Positions 10,898-20,632 of a stretch of 64,000 nt of DNA are shown in pieces. Under the pieces are notes generated by a model. It was given only the letters and a program-made list of their open reading frames with translations. It ran no database searches and was not told the origin of the DNA. Position 1 is the stretch's first letter, and each line of letters opens with the position of its first letter. The stretch is taken from assembly GCA_963810095.1 (NCBI GenBank), contig CAWEMM010000009.1, positions 96,001-160,000 on the forward strand, in the 5' to 3' direction. The stretch is from an uncultured Chloroflexia bacterium (GTDB lineage Bacteria > Chloroflexota > Anaerolineae > CG2-30-64-16). The position numbers and the translations under genes are program-made.

Positions 10898-11554
10898 CTA
10901 GGCGGCGCCGACCAATCCCCTGGCCAGACGCACTGCAGAGGACGCGTCCGGGCTGTAGCCGTCGGCCCCAATCTGCCTGGCAAAGCTGTCGGTCACGGGG
11001 GCTCCGCCGATCATCACTTTGACCTGGTCCCGGAGCCCGGCTTCCTGCAATGCCTTGACCGTGGCGGTCATCGAGGGCATGGTGGTGGTGAGCAGGGCAG
11101 ACATGCCGATGACGAGTGGGCGGCCGCCCGCTTGGGGCTTGTGCTCCTGCACGGCTTTTACGAACTTCTCGGGGGTGACGTCCGTGCCCAGATCGACCAC
11201 TTCGAACCCGGCGCCCTCCAGCATCATCGCAACGAGATTCTTGCCGATGTCGTGCAGGTCGCCCTTCACGGTGCCTACCACGACCTTGCCCACCGACACC
11301 GAGCCCCCTTCCGCGAGCGCGGGCTTCAGCAGGGCGAGGCCGGCCTGCATCGCACGGGCGGAAACCAGCATTTCCGGAACAAAGTACTCGTTCTCCTCGA
11401 ACAGCCGCCCAACCTCACCCATTGCGGCGATCAGCCCATCTTTGAGAATGGTCTCCGCAGGGATGCCCGCGGCCATGGCGTCACGCACGCCCGCTTGCGT
11501 CCCCTTGGCGTCCCCTTCAAGCACGGCATGAAAAACGGCCTCAAGTGGTTCCAT
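10898..11554 (-). CDS. Corrinoid (B12-binding) protein, MttC/MtbC type
   Basis: GDLHDIGKNLV B12-binding motif, FVPEMLVSA, VMIGGAP. Confidence 0.93.
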   Translation of the reverse strand: MEPLEAVFHAVLEGDAKGTQAGVRDAMAAGIPAETILKDGLIAAMGEVGRLFEENEYFVPEMLVSARAMQAGLALLKPALAEGGSVSVGKVVVGTVKGDLHDIGKNLVAMMLEGAGFEVVDLGTDVTPEKFVKAVQEHKPQAGGRPLVIGMSALLTTTMPSMTATVKALQEAGLRDQVKVMIGGAPVTDSFARQIGADGYSPDASSAVRLARGLVGAA

Positions 11555-12634
11555 TGTCTTGCCTCCTATGAGATTTTGGCGTAGTCGATCGTCGCGCACC
11601 GGCGCCTGCTAGGAAGCCGGTTGCACGGTGGGGTGGGGCTGTGGAAGCCCGCACCACCAGGCTGGTGGGAATTTCAACATGGCGGATCGGCTCGGTCCGA
11701 TCGAGCAGGTCGATCAGCATGCGCGTCGCAGTGGCGGCGATGTCGTAGATGGGCTGGCACACGGTTGTCAGCGGGGGCCAGATTTGACCTGCGAGGGCAA
11801 CATCGTCGAACCCCGCCACCGATAGCTCGCCCGGGATGGTCAACCCGGCTTCATGTGCCCGGGCACACACGCCTGCCGCCATTTCGTCGTTGTTGCAGAA
11901 GACGGCGGTCGGCATGGGGTTCATCCGGAAGAACGAGCCGGCGGCTTCGCGGCCGCTTTCGAAGTGATCGTCGCCGTGGCGCACCAAGGTCAGGTCGAAG
12001 GCGACCCCCGCGGCGGCCAACGCGTCACGATAGCCTGCCAGCCGGTCATGCGCAGCCCGCTGCTCGAGTGGCCCGACAACGAAGCCAATGCGTCTGTGGC
12101 CGAGTCCAAGCAAGTGCTCCGTCATCTCACGCGCGCCACAGCCGGTCGGTTGCGGCAACGTACGGGGCAGTGCTCTCGCGCTCGCAAGGCGTCAGACGTA
12201 CAAAGGGGATGCCCATGCCGGCGAGTGCTTCGAACAGTGCCGTCGCGTTGTCGACCGGGGGCGTGCTGATGAAGCCGTCGACCTGGCGTTGGGAAGCGAG
12301 TTGGATGATTTCCAACGCGTCGGCGGCCCGAGCAGCATCGCACGGATGCAGCAGCGTGCTGTAGCCCGCAGCACGCGCAGCCTCCAGCACGCCTCGCTGT
12401 ACGTCTTGAGTATAGAGCCAGCTTGCATTGTGAAAGAGAAGGCCGATTGTGAAGGCGTGTCCCTTGGCGAGCCGTTTCGCATGGAAATTGGTAACGAACC
12501 CTAACTGCTCAATGGCAGCTAGCACTTTTGCGCGCGTCTCTTCGCGCACGTACGGCTCGTCGTTGAGGACAGCGCGAGACCGTCTTAATTGAGAGACCCG
12601 AGGCGAGAGCAACGTCGCGGATGGTGGCGGACAT
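11541..12634 (-). CDS. LacI-family transcriptional regulator (two apparent frameshifts near 12575 and 12140)
   Basis: MSATIRDVA...VLNDEPYVREETRAKV HTH; LSVAGFDD, PPLTTVCQP; pieces in ORFs 12127..12612 and 11541..12158; exact 3' end uncertain. Confidence 0.85.
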
Positions 12635-12748
12635 GGCCTCTTTCACTCTCACGGGGTTGCCGGCAGAGCACCGGACACCGGCGTCTGGCTCAGCGATCCC
12701 CGATGGGGAATCCCTTCTCCATCAGGCATAAGGCCGGCCGGGGCGGTC

Positions 12749-12796
12749 TGATACCGTTGTCATGCGCAGGTTATCACACTCTGACAGCGCTGTCAA
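12749..12796 (-). promoter_or_regulatory. Sigma70 promoter with two LacI-type operators
   Basis: Minus strand TTGACA (12791-12796)-17 nt-TAACCT (12768-12773) with TGn extension; perfect palindrome TGACAGCGCTGTCA 12782-12795 and variant TGATACCGTTGTCA 12749-12762. Confidence 0.8.
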
Positions 12797-12954
12797 TAGG
12801 GTTGACGCGTAATCCACGCGAGACTCAAAGTGGAAGCTGTGCAAGCGGCAGTGCGGTGTCCGTGTACTCCAGGCGGGGCAGTGACTCGGCCGCGGCGAAG
12901 TTGAGAGCCCGGCTTCGCCTGACCTGAAAAATTGGACGAATGTTCTAATACCCT

Positions 12955-12983
12955 TTGCCTCGTCGTAGGCTTCGTGTTATGAT
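12955..12983 (+). promoter_or_regulatory. Putative sigma70 promoter of SDR gene
   Basis: TTGCCT-17 nt-TATGAT with TGn extension. Confidence 0.6.
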
Positions 12984-13076
12984 GCGATGTGTGCGCGGGC
13001 GAAGCCCGGCTCCCCGCGATTCTGAACGCCGCTCCATGCCGGCGCGCTCGGGCAGGCAAAGAAGGAGGGTGACGAT

Positions 13077-13904
13077 GTGAAGAATAGGACGCCAACCATC
13101 ATCATCACCGGCGCATCGCAGGGTCTTGGCGCTGCCATGGCCTCGATTGCAGCCGCGCACGGTGCGCAGGTTGTCCTGGCCGCGCGTTCGGAGGCCGGCC
13201 TGGCCGCGCAGCAGCAGAGGATACAGGAGCGCGGGGGCAGCGCGCTTGCGGTGGTGGCCGATGTCACGAAAGCAGAGGATTGCCGGCGGATCGTCGACCA
13301 GTCGCTGCAGAGGTACGGGGAGATCGACGCGCTCGTCAACAACGCGGCAACGATCGAGCCGCTTGCCGCCGTGGCCGACGTGCGCCTGGAGGATTGGCTC
13401 CGTCAGATGGCGGTGAACGTGTTTGGACCGCTGACGCTAAGCCAGTTCGCCATACCTCACCTGAGGCAGACCCACGGCAGGATCGTCAACGTGACCAGCC
13501 ACGGCGCCGACAACGTGATCCCGGGCGCCTCCGCATACAGCGCCTCGAAGGCCGCACTGAACCGCTTATCAAAGACGCTGGCCGCGGAAGAGCCGGAGAT
13601 TCCCGTGCTCCTCTTCGTTCCCGGCGAGGTCGACACGCCGATGCAGGCCGTCATCCGCGACAAGGGCAAAGGCAAGACGCCCGACGACGTCTACCAGTTC
13701 TTCCTCGATCAGTATGAGCAGGGCCGCTTGCTGCCGGCCGACACGCCGGCGTTGGCCGGGGTCGCGCTGGCGCTGGCCGCGCCCCGGGACTGGAGCGGAG
13801 AGATCCTGCAGTGGGATGACGAGCGGGTGCAAGCCCTCGTACGATCGTTCCAGGCGTCCCTGCCAGGCGCGGCATCCGGCCCCGCGCCCCACGTCGAGGG
13901 CTAG
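13077..13904 (+). CDS. Short-chain dehydrogenase/reductase
   Basis: TGASQGLG, NNAA, YSASK motifs; AAGGAGG RBS. Confidence 0.9.
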   Translation: MKNRTPTIIITGASQGLGAAMASIAAAHGAQVVLAARSEAGLAAQQQRIQERGGSALAVVADVTKAEDCRRIVDQSLQRYGEIDALVNNAATIEPLAAVADVRLEDWLRQMAVNVFGPLTLSQFAIPHLRQTHGRIVNVTSHGADNVIPGASAYSASKAALNRLSKTLAAEEPEIPVLLFVPGEVDTPMQAVIRDKGKGKTPDDVYQFFLDQYEQGRLLPADTPALAGVALALAAPRDWSGEILQWDDERVQALVRSFQASLPGAASGPAPHVEG

Positions 13905-14025
13905 AAGCGGCCGGGCCGGACGAACTCCGAAGTGTAGACGGCGCGCCGGGTGCACGTTTGAGCGTGCAATAAGGCTACCGGTTTTCCCTTTTGAGCCTCG
14001 CATTCTGTTTGGAGAGGGACCATCC

Positions 14026-14928
14026 ATGAATAGTGCCAGCACGATGCCGCCGACTACAGGCGCCCCGCGTCGAGCGATCCTGGTTTCCGTGGCCGCGGCC
14101 ATCTTGACGATGCTCCTCAAGTTTGGCGCATACCTGCTGACGGGTTCGGTCAGCTTGCTCTCGGACGCCGCCGAGTCCTCGGTCAACCTGATTGCGGCGC
14201 TGGTGGCCTTTGTGGCGCTCTCGATCGCCGCCCGGCCCGCGGACGAGACGTATCGCTACGGGTATGAGAAAGCGGAGTACTTTTCGAGCGGGGTCGAGGG
14301 CGGGCTCATCCTCGTGGCAGCCATTACGATTATCTACACTGCGGTCAAGCGTTTCCTCAATCCGGTGCCGCTCGAGAGTCTCGGCATCGGCCTGGTCATC
14401 TCGCTCGCGGCCTCAGCCATCAACTTCGGCGTCGCACGATTCATGTTCCGCAAGGGTAAGGAGTACGACAGCATCACGCTGGAGGCCGACGGGCACCACC
14501 TGATGACGGACGTCTGGACGTCCGTGGGCGTGGTCGCGGCGCTCGTGGTCATGCTGATCGTCCCGGCCTGGACGTGGCTCGATCCTCTGATCGCGATGAT
14601 CCTCGGCATCAACATCATTCGCACCGGCGTGTCACTGCTCAGGCGGTCGGCAGCCGGACTGATGGACGTTACCCTGCCAGCCGACGAGATGGATCAGATT
14701 GAGGCAGTGCTGCGTGAGAAAGAGGGGCCGGACGTGGTCTATCACAAGCTGCGCACCCGTAAGTCGGCGTCCCGGCGCTACGTCGAGTTTCATCTGCTGG
14801 TGCCCCAGGACATTTCGGTGAGCGCCGCCCACGACCGGTGCAGCGCGATCGAGGCGGAGATTCGGCGGCGCCTGCCGAAGACCCGGGTGATCATCCACGT
14901 CGAGCCGAAGGAGACCGGCGGGATCTAG
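14026..14928 (+). CDS. Cation diffusion facilitator (FieF-like) transporter
   Basis: SLLSDAAES, YGYEKAEY, LEADGHHLMTD, IHVEP. Confidence 0.9.
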   Translation: MNSASTMPPTTGAPRRAILVSVAAAILTMLLKFGAYLLTGSVSLLSDAAESSVNLIAALVAFVALSIAARPADETYRYGYEKAEYFSSGVEGGLILVAAITIIYTAVKRFLNPVPLESLGIGLVISLAASAINFGVARFMFRKGKEYDSITLEADGHHLMTDVWTSVGVVAALVVMLIVPAWTWLDPLIAMILGINIIRTGVSLLRRSAAGLMDVTLPADEMDQIEAVLREKEGPDVVYHKLRTRKSASRRYVEFHLLVPQDISVSAAHDRCSAIEAEIRRRLPKTRVIIHVEPKETGGI

Positions 14929-15044
14929 CAGTCTATCCGAAAATGCTCTGGCCGGTCTCGTACGCCAGCTTGGCGTACGCGCCCGGCCAGACGGGGCACG
15001 GTCAGAGACCGGCCCCAGCTAATTCTCGGATAGATACCGACTGC
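14928..15044. repeat. Nested palindromic intergenic element (MITE/REP-like or structured RNA)
   Basis: TCTATCCGAAAAT/ATTCTCGGATAGA, GGCCGGTCTC/GAGACCGGCC, inner GTACGCCA/TGGCGTAC. Confidence 0.55.
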
Positions 15045-15214
15045 AACCACAGTGAACCTGCTGAAGCGTCCTGAGCGGAGGCGCCAGCGCAGCTGGCGTG
15101 CCGCAGTCGAAGGATGCGGCAGCCGACAGAATAGGTGCGCTTGAACCTTAACTAAACCACGGCCGGCAATTTCACCTCACCGTTGGTTCAGCCTTCTTCT
15201 GTCGGGGAGCCGGG

Positions 15215-15730
15215 TCAGCAGTCGAAAACGCCCCAGCACACCGCATTGCGCACCCTCTGGTCGTCAAGCACCAGTTCCCGGATTTCTGCGGGGAGCTGCG
15301 CTCGCTGCCACCGGCACTCGATTCGACCGGCCTCGTCGCGCTCGGCTTTGGGAGCCGCCGCACGGGCCGCCCTGATCGCATAGGCCGCCGCACCCAACCC
15401 GTGCGCGGCGACGTGAGCGACGGCAGCAGCCTGGGCCGCCGCGTAGGCAGCTTCCCTGGCCGGGCCCGAGAGGTCTCTGGCCGCAGCGTTCGCATGGCCG
15501 GCCGAATTGCGTGCTCGAGTCATCGTGACCTCACCTCGAACCCAAGCGCGAGCCAGGTCGATCGCTTGGCGCGGACGATCGTCATCGGGTCGCTCTTGCT
15601 CGAAGAAGGGCAGCACGTGCTCTGCGCAATCGGCCGCCCACAGCGCAAGCAGGTGATGATCGGCGTCCAGCAGTGTGCCGCCCCGACGGACGGTGATAAG
15701 CCTGGGATCGCGCTTCTCCGAGAAAATCAT
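15215..15730 (-). CDS. Putative immunity protein (Imm5-like)
   Basis: LWAADCAEHVL...DDRPRQAI...AAAVAHVAAHGLGAAAYA...ECRWQ, characteristic of this family as recalled. Confidence 0.7.
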   Translation of the reverse strand: MIFSEKRDPRLITVRRGGTLLDADHHLLALWAADCAEHVLPFFEQERPDDDRPRQAIDLARAWVRGEVTMTRARNSAGHANAAARDLSGPAREAAYAAAQAAAVAHVAAHGLGAAAYAIRAARAAAPKAERDEAGRIECRWQRAQLPAEIRELVLDDQRVRNAVCWGVFDC

Positions 15731-15751
15731 CGGCTCACCGAACGCGGCCGG

Positions 15752-16177
15752 TTACTCATCGAGCCACTTGGCGATCTCCCAGATAGTTCCGGCCGGGTCA
15801 ATGAAGCTGGCCGTCCGGATGCCCCAGGGCCGGTCCATCGGACCGTTGAGCAGTTCGACGCCCCGGGTTCGGAGTTCTGTGCACATCGCATCGACATCAT
15901 CCACGGTGAGCGTGAAGACAAACCGCGCGCCGGCGTCGCGCACCGCCACTCGCGCCGGCTCGATGAGCTCGTTCGCCTGTGTGATTCTCAGCAGGTTGAT
16001 CAACGTGTTCCCGAACTTGAACACGGCCGAATCACCCTCTTCGAAGTGGACGGGCAGTCCGAATACCTTCTGGTAGAATTGCTTCGTGGTTTCCAGGTCC
16101 TCCACGAACAGGGTTACAGCCGCAATGCCGGCCGGCCAGGTGCCGGCCCCCCCAGCGGGCAGGTTCGTCTGAGTCAT
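15752..16177 (-). CDS. VOC/glyoxalase family protein
   Basis: VTLFVEDL...FYQKVFGL; DRPWGIRTASFIDPAGTIWEI. Confidence 0.85.
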   Translation of the reverse strand: MTQTNLPAGGAGTWPAGIAAVTLFVEDLETTKQFYQKVFGLPVHFEEGDSAVFKFGNTLINLLRITQANELIEPARVAVRDAGARFVFTLTVDDVDAMCTELRTRGVELLNGPMDRPWGIRTASFIDPAGTIWEIAKWLDE

Positions 16178-16461
16178 GGTCACGTTCTCCTTGTCCATCC
16201 CTCGCCGGGAGTTCATGCGCGTATAAGCCGGGTTTTGCCCCGCTGCGAAGTCGGAAACGGGAGTGTCTGCAGCATTGCAAGCACGTCTGGCGAACCGCGT
16301 TGCCATGACCGCTGCGCCGCCACTCGCGACCTCGTCCACGATGCGGCCTGCTTGGGGCCGGGACGCATCGTGGACAAGGACGGTGATTCTTTCAGTAGAA
16401 AGGGCTTTCGAGAATAAGGGCAACGTGGCTGCCACGAAAATCCGAGCCCGCCGCGCAGCCC

Positions 16462-16797
16462 CTAATCGTCCGCTATCTGAACCCGGGCCGCCGCCTTTGG
16501 CGTCCGAGGTTTTGCCGCGGGCCGGCGGGTGGTGGGCCGCGCGGTCGGATCGAGTTCCGGCCGTTCCGCGGGCAACTGCATGTTGTTCCAGATGCGCGCC
16601 AAGATCACGATGTCGGCGGTGAGGTACTCGCCGTCGTCGTAGCGAATCGTCATCTTGGGCGGGGCAACTTGCATGACTTCGTAGTTCCCTTTCCGGTTCG
16701 CATAGCTCTCACCTACGTGGAAAGGATGCGTTCCAGGCGCTTCGTATGCCTGGCGCGAGCGTTCGGTCAGCGATTGGCTGTTCTGATGCGTATTCAT
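16462..16797 (-). CDS. Hypothetical small protein
   Basis: AGGAG RBS; non-random composition (PFHVGESYANRKGNYEV); directly downstream of cold-shock gene. Confidence 0.6.
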   Translation of the reverse strand: MNTHQNSQSLTERSRQAYEAPGTHPFHVGESYANRKGNYEVMQVAPPKMTIRYDDGEYLTADIVILARIWNNMQLPAERPELDPTARPTTRRPAAKPRTPKAAARVQIADD

Positions 16798-16839
16798 CCG
16801 CTGTGTCTCCTCTGCGCTTGTCGACCCACCCTGGGTGGC

Positions 16840-17055
16840 CTAGATCGGGGTGACGTTAGCGGCGCTCGGCCCCTTGGCTCCCTCCTCGATGTCAAACTCG
16901 ACGCGCTGGCCTTCTTCGAGGGTCCGGAACCCTGAGGTCTGAATGGCCGACTGGTGCACGAACACGTCAGCGCCGCCGTCGGCCCGAGCGATGAACCCGT
17001 ACCCCTTGTCGGCACTAAACCACTTGACCGTACCCATGTGACGTTCCGATTCCAT
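16840..17055 (-). CDS. cspA: Cold-shock protein
   Basis: [34 protein letters not shown]. Confidence 0.93.
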   Translation of the reverse strand: MESERHMGTVKWFSADKGYGFIARADGGADVFVHQSAIQTSGFRTLEEGQRVEFDIEEGAKGPSAANVTPI

Positions 17056-17263
17056 GTTGCGACTTCCTTTCATCCGTTAAGACAAAGCGCGGGCGCATGC
17101 GGCCCGCGTCCCCATCCCTCTGCCAACCGGCAACAAAACAGCCCAGGCTATGCTTGCCCGGGCTGTCGATGGTCTTTGTGTCAGGACGGCATCTTGCGAT
17201 AAGTTTACGCCGGGAAAGGCGTTAAGGTCGGTAGTCCAAGCGACAGAGCGGGTCCGCCATTCC

Positions 17264-18586
17264 CTAAAACAGCAGCAAATCGGGCGCTTCGAGGGCCTGG
17301 ACGAGCTCTGACAGGAACCTGGCGGCCACAATCCCGTCGATCACACGATGATCGGCAGAGAGCGTGAGCGACAGCATCGGGCGCACCTCGACACGGTCCT
17401 GCGCGTCCACCACAACCGGGCGGCGCACGATACTGCCCACGGCAAGGATCGCGCTTTCGGGCGGGTTGATCACCGCCCGAAACTGCGGGATGCCCAGCAT
17501 GCCCAGGTTCGAGATGGTGAAGGTGCCGCCCTGCACGTCGTCCAGTTTCAGCGCGTTGCGCCGTGCCCGGTCCGCCATCGCGCCGAGCCGCACGTTAATC
17601 TCGTTGATACCGAGCTGGTCCGCGTCTTTGAGCACCGGCACGACCAAACCCTGCGGTGCGGCTGCTGCAACGCCGATATTGATGTTCTTCCACAGTGAGA
17701 TCGAGTCGCCGGAGAATGACGAATTGAGATAGGGGTGGCGACGCAGCGCCCACCCGACGATCTTGATGATCACCGCCGTCATCGTAATCTTCGGCTGCTG
17801 CAGTTTCTCCGCATGCACGTTCAGACGCTTTCGGGCAGCTTCGGCTTCAGTCATATCTACTTCGACCGTCAGCGCGATGTGCGGCGACTCCTGGAAGCTC
17901 TGCTGCATCCGCTGCGCAATCGTCCGCCGAATGCCGCTGAGGGGGATGACCTCTGCTTCCCGGCCCTTCGTGGGAGGCGGGGCGACAGGCGCGGGCGCCC
18001 GTTCCGGTTCCACCGGCAGCTCCGGCACGGCCAGGGCCTGCGCTGCCGTCTCTACATCGGCGGCCACGACCCGCCCGCGCGGGCCCGACCCGGCCACGGC
18101 TTCCAGGTTGACGCCGCTTTCGCGCGCCACCCGGCGGGCTGATGGCGTTGCGGGAACCGTCACGCGCCCCTCCCCGCCATGCTCGGCGAGATACTTCTCG
18201 ACATCCTCGCGTGTGATCTTGTTGCCCGCTGCCGAGACCTTTGAAAGGTCGACGCCCTCTTCTTTCGCGATCCGGGCGGCGATAGGTGTGGCTGCCGGCA
18301 GGACTAGGGCGGTGACGGCGGATGGCTGCACGGGCGCGGGTGTCTCGCCCTCCTTCATGATCTGGGCGATCACGGTCGTCACCGGGACCACATCGCCGTC
18401 CTTGTAGCGGATGCCGGTGAGGATGCCGGTCGCAGGGGCGGGCACATCGATGGCGACCTTGTCAGTCTCGACGACCAACACGGTTTCCTCGAACTTGACG
18501 AAATCGCCTTCTTTTTTGGACCACGACACGATCGTCGCCTGTTCCTGGTCCATGTCGAACTTGGGCATGATGAACGGGACTGGCAT
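17264..18586 (-). CDS. Dihydrolipoamide acyltransferase (E2)
   Basis: ETDKV lipoyl site, two E3-binding-like repeats, GGTFTISNLG, ADHRVIDG. Confidence 0.93.
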   Translation of the reverse strand: MPVPFIMPKFDMDQEQATIVSWSKKEGDFVKFEETVLVVETDKVAIDVPAPATGILTGIRYKDGDVVPVTTVIAQIMKEGETPAPVQPSAVTALVLPAATPIAARIAKEEGVDLSKVSAAGNKITREDVEKYLAEHGGEGRVTVPATPSARRVARESGVNLEAVAGSGPRGRVVAADVETAAQALAVPELPVEPERAPAPVAPPPTKGREAEVIPLSGIRRTIAQRMQQSFQESPHIALTVEVDMTEAEAARKRLNVHAEKLQQPKITMTAVIIKIVGWALRRHPYLNSSFSGDSISLWKNINIGVAAAAPQGLVVPVLKDADQLGINEINVRLGAMADRARRNALKLDDVQGGTFTISNLGMLGIPQFRAVINPPESAILAVGSIVRRPVVVDAQDRVEVRPMLSLTLSADHRVIDGIVAARFLSELVQALEAPDLLLF

Positions 18587-18587
18587 G

Positions 18588-19574
18588 CTAGACCGTGCCT
18601 CCTACGAGGGCGCGGATCTCCCGTTCGATATCTTCTTCCTGCGGAATGGCGATGCGCTCGAGGCCGCGGTTGTAGGGGATGGGGATATCCTTGCCACCCA
18701 GGCGCCGCACCGGCGCATCGACATAATCAAAAACGGGGCTTCCGACGACGGAAGCAATGACTTCGCCGGCCCAGCCGCCGGTCTGGCAGGCCTCGTGGAC
18801 CACCAGCAAGCGGCCCGTGCGCCGCACCGAGTCGAGGATGGTCGTGGTGTCGAGCGGCAGCATGGTGCGGGGATCGACCACCTCCACCTCGATGCCTTCT
18901 TTGGCCAGCCGAGCGGCGACGTTGAGCGTCTTCATCACCATCACGTTGTTTGCCACCACGGTGATGTCGCGGCCCGGGCGCTTGATTTCGGCAACGCCGA
19001 TAGGGACGGTGTAATCCTCTTCGGGCACCTCGCCCTTGGTCTTGTAAAGCGCCTTGTGTTCCACGAAGCAGACCGGGTTCGGGTTACGGATGGCCGAGAG
19101 CAGCAGCCCCTTGGCGTCGTAGGGGGTCGATGGCGCGATGACGATCAGGCCCGGCACGTGCATCAGGATGCTCTCCAGCGATTGCGAGTGCTGGGAGGCG
19201 GCGCCGCTGCCCGAGCCGGACGGCATGCGGACAACCATAGGCACGGTGGCCCGGCCGCCGAACATGAAGTGCATCTTCGCGGCCTGGTTTGCGATTTGAT
19301 CCAATGCCAGGAAGACGAAGTCCATGAACATGATCTCGGCCACGGGCCGCATGCCGACGACTGCTGCGCCGACCGCCGTCGCGACGATCGTCGCCTCGGA
19401 GATCGGCGTCTCGCGGACGCGCTCGGGACCGAACTCGTCAAGCATGCCGTGCGTCACGCCGAACGCGCCGCCGTAGCGGCCGATGTCCTCGCCCAGCAGG
19501 AAGACGCGTTCGTCGCGCTTCATCTCCTGCCACAATGCCTGCCGGATGGCTTCGAGGTAGGTGATCTCAGGCAT
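18588..19574 (-). CDS. TPP-dependent dehydrogenase E1 beta (AcoB/PdhB-like)
   Basis: LGEDIG, ETPISE, SQHSQS, DAKGLL. Confidence 0.93.
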   Translation of the reverse strand: MPEITYLEAIRQALWQEMKRDERVFLLGEDIGRYGGAFGVTHGMLDEFGPERVRETPISEATIVATAVGAAVVGMRPVAEIMFMDFVFLALDQIANQAAKMHFMFGGRATVPMVVRMPSGSGSGAASQHSQSLESILMHVPGLIVIAPSTPYDAKGLLLSAIRNPNPVCFVEHKALYKTKGEVPEEDYTVPIGVAEIKRPGRDITVVANNVMVMKTLNVAARLAKEGIEVEVVDPRTMLPLDTTTILDSVRRTGRLLVVHEACQTGGWAGEVIASVVGSPVFDYVDAPVRRLGGKDIPIPYNRGLERIAIPQEEDIEREIRALVGGTV

Positions 19575-20632
19575 AAACATACTCCATCAGGGTGGCACGG
19601 GTCCGGTTCGGGCGACGCGTCCGCGAACTCCACCGCGTTCACGATGACCTGCTCGGCCTCCGCGTCGATCTTCTGCGCGCTGTCTTCGTCCAGGATTTCC
19701 GCCTGCAGCAGGTGCTTGGTGAAGCGCATGATGGGGTCGCGGTTCAGCTTCCAGTCCTCGATCTCATCCTTGGCGCGGTACAGGTTCCGGTCGCTTTTCG
19801 AGTGGCCGAAGTAGCGGTAGGTGATGGTTTCGACGAAATAGGGCCCGTTACCCGAGCGGACATGGTCGGCGGCTTTCTTCATCGCCCCGTATACCTCGAG
19901 CACGTCGTTGCCGTCCACGCATGCCCACGGGATGCCGTACGCATCGGCTCGCTGCGCGATGGGCAGCTTCGCGCTCGCCCGGGCCACATCCATGGACATG
20001 CCATACTTGTTGTTCTCACAAACGTAGAGCACCGGCAGGTTCCACAGCGCCACCATGTTCATCGCTTCGTGGAACACACCTTCATTCGAGGCGCCGTCGC
20101 CGAAGATGCAGATGCAAATCGCGTCCCGCTTCAGCATCTGGAGCGCCAGCCCGACGCCGACGGCCTGCGGGATGCCGCCGCCGACGATGCCGTTGGCGCC
20201 GAGGTTGTTGGATTGAAAATCGGCAATGTGCATGGAGCCGCCGCGGCCGTGGTTGTAGCCGGTCTCCTTGCCCAGGAACTCGGCCATCATCAGGTTGATG
20301 TCGGCGCCCTTGGCAATGAAATGGCCGTGCCCGCGGTGGTGGTTGATCAGGTAATCGTCGGGGCGCACGGCGAGCGCAATGCCCGCTGCCACCGCCTCTT
20401 GCCCGGCCGACAGGTGCATCGTTCCGTGTACCTTGCCCGCCGCATACAGCTTGTCGGCCATGTATTCAAAGTGGCGGATGGTGCACATCGTGCGGTAGAG
20501 CCCGACGAGGCGTTCGTCGGCCAACTCCAGTTCGGCCGCGCGCTCTTCGAAATGCTCGCGTGATCCCGATATCACGCCAGGGCCGGCTGCCTCCAGGTTC
20601 TGCAGCGCATCTACGATCATAGCTCGCCTCAC
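19567..20632 (-). CDS. TPP-dependent dehydrogenase E1 alpha (AcoA/PdhA-like); small C-terminal frameshift
   Basis: [26 protein letters not shown]...[11 protein letters not shown]; natural end ATLMEYVYA* at 19567 in another frame. Confidence 0.9.

Noticed and set aside
12640-12748. Possible cobalamin riboswitch upstream of the corrinoid unit
   Set aside because: Hairpins present, but the B12-box and GGGAA...ACTG core could not be identified
12933-12946. GGAC-N4-GTTC, and a half site near 40622, as LexA boxes
   Set aside because: Mismatched to GAAC-N4-GTTC, and the adjacent genes are not SOS-type
15215-15730. Imm5-like gene as part of a polymorphic toxin locus
   Set aside because: No toxin or secretion genes nearby; this family commonly occurs alone
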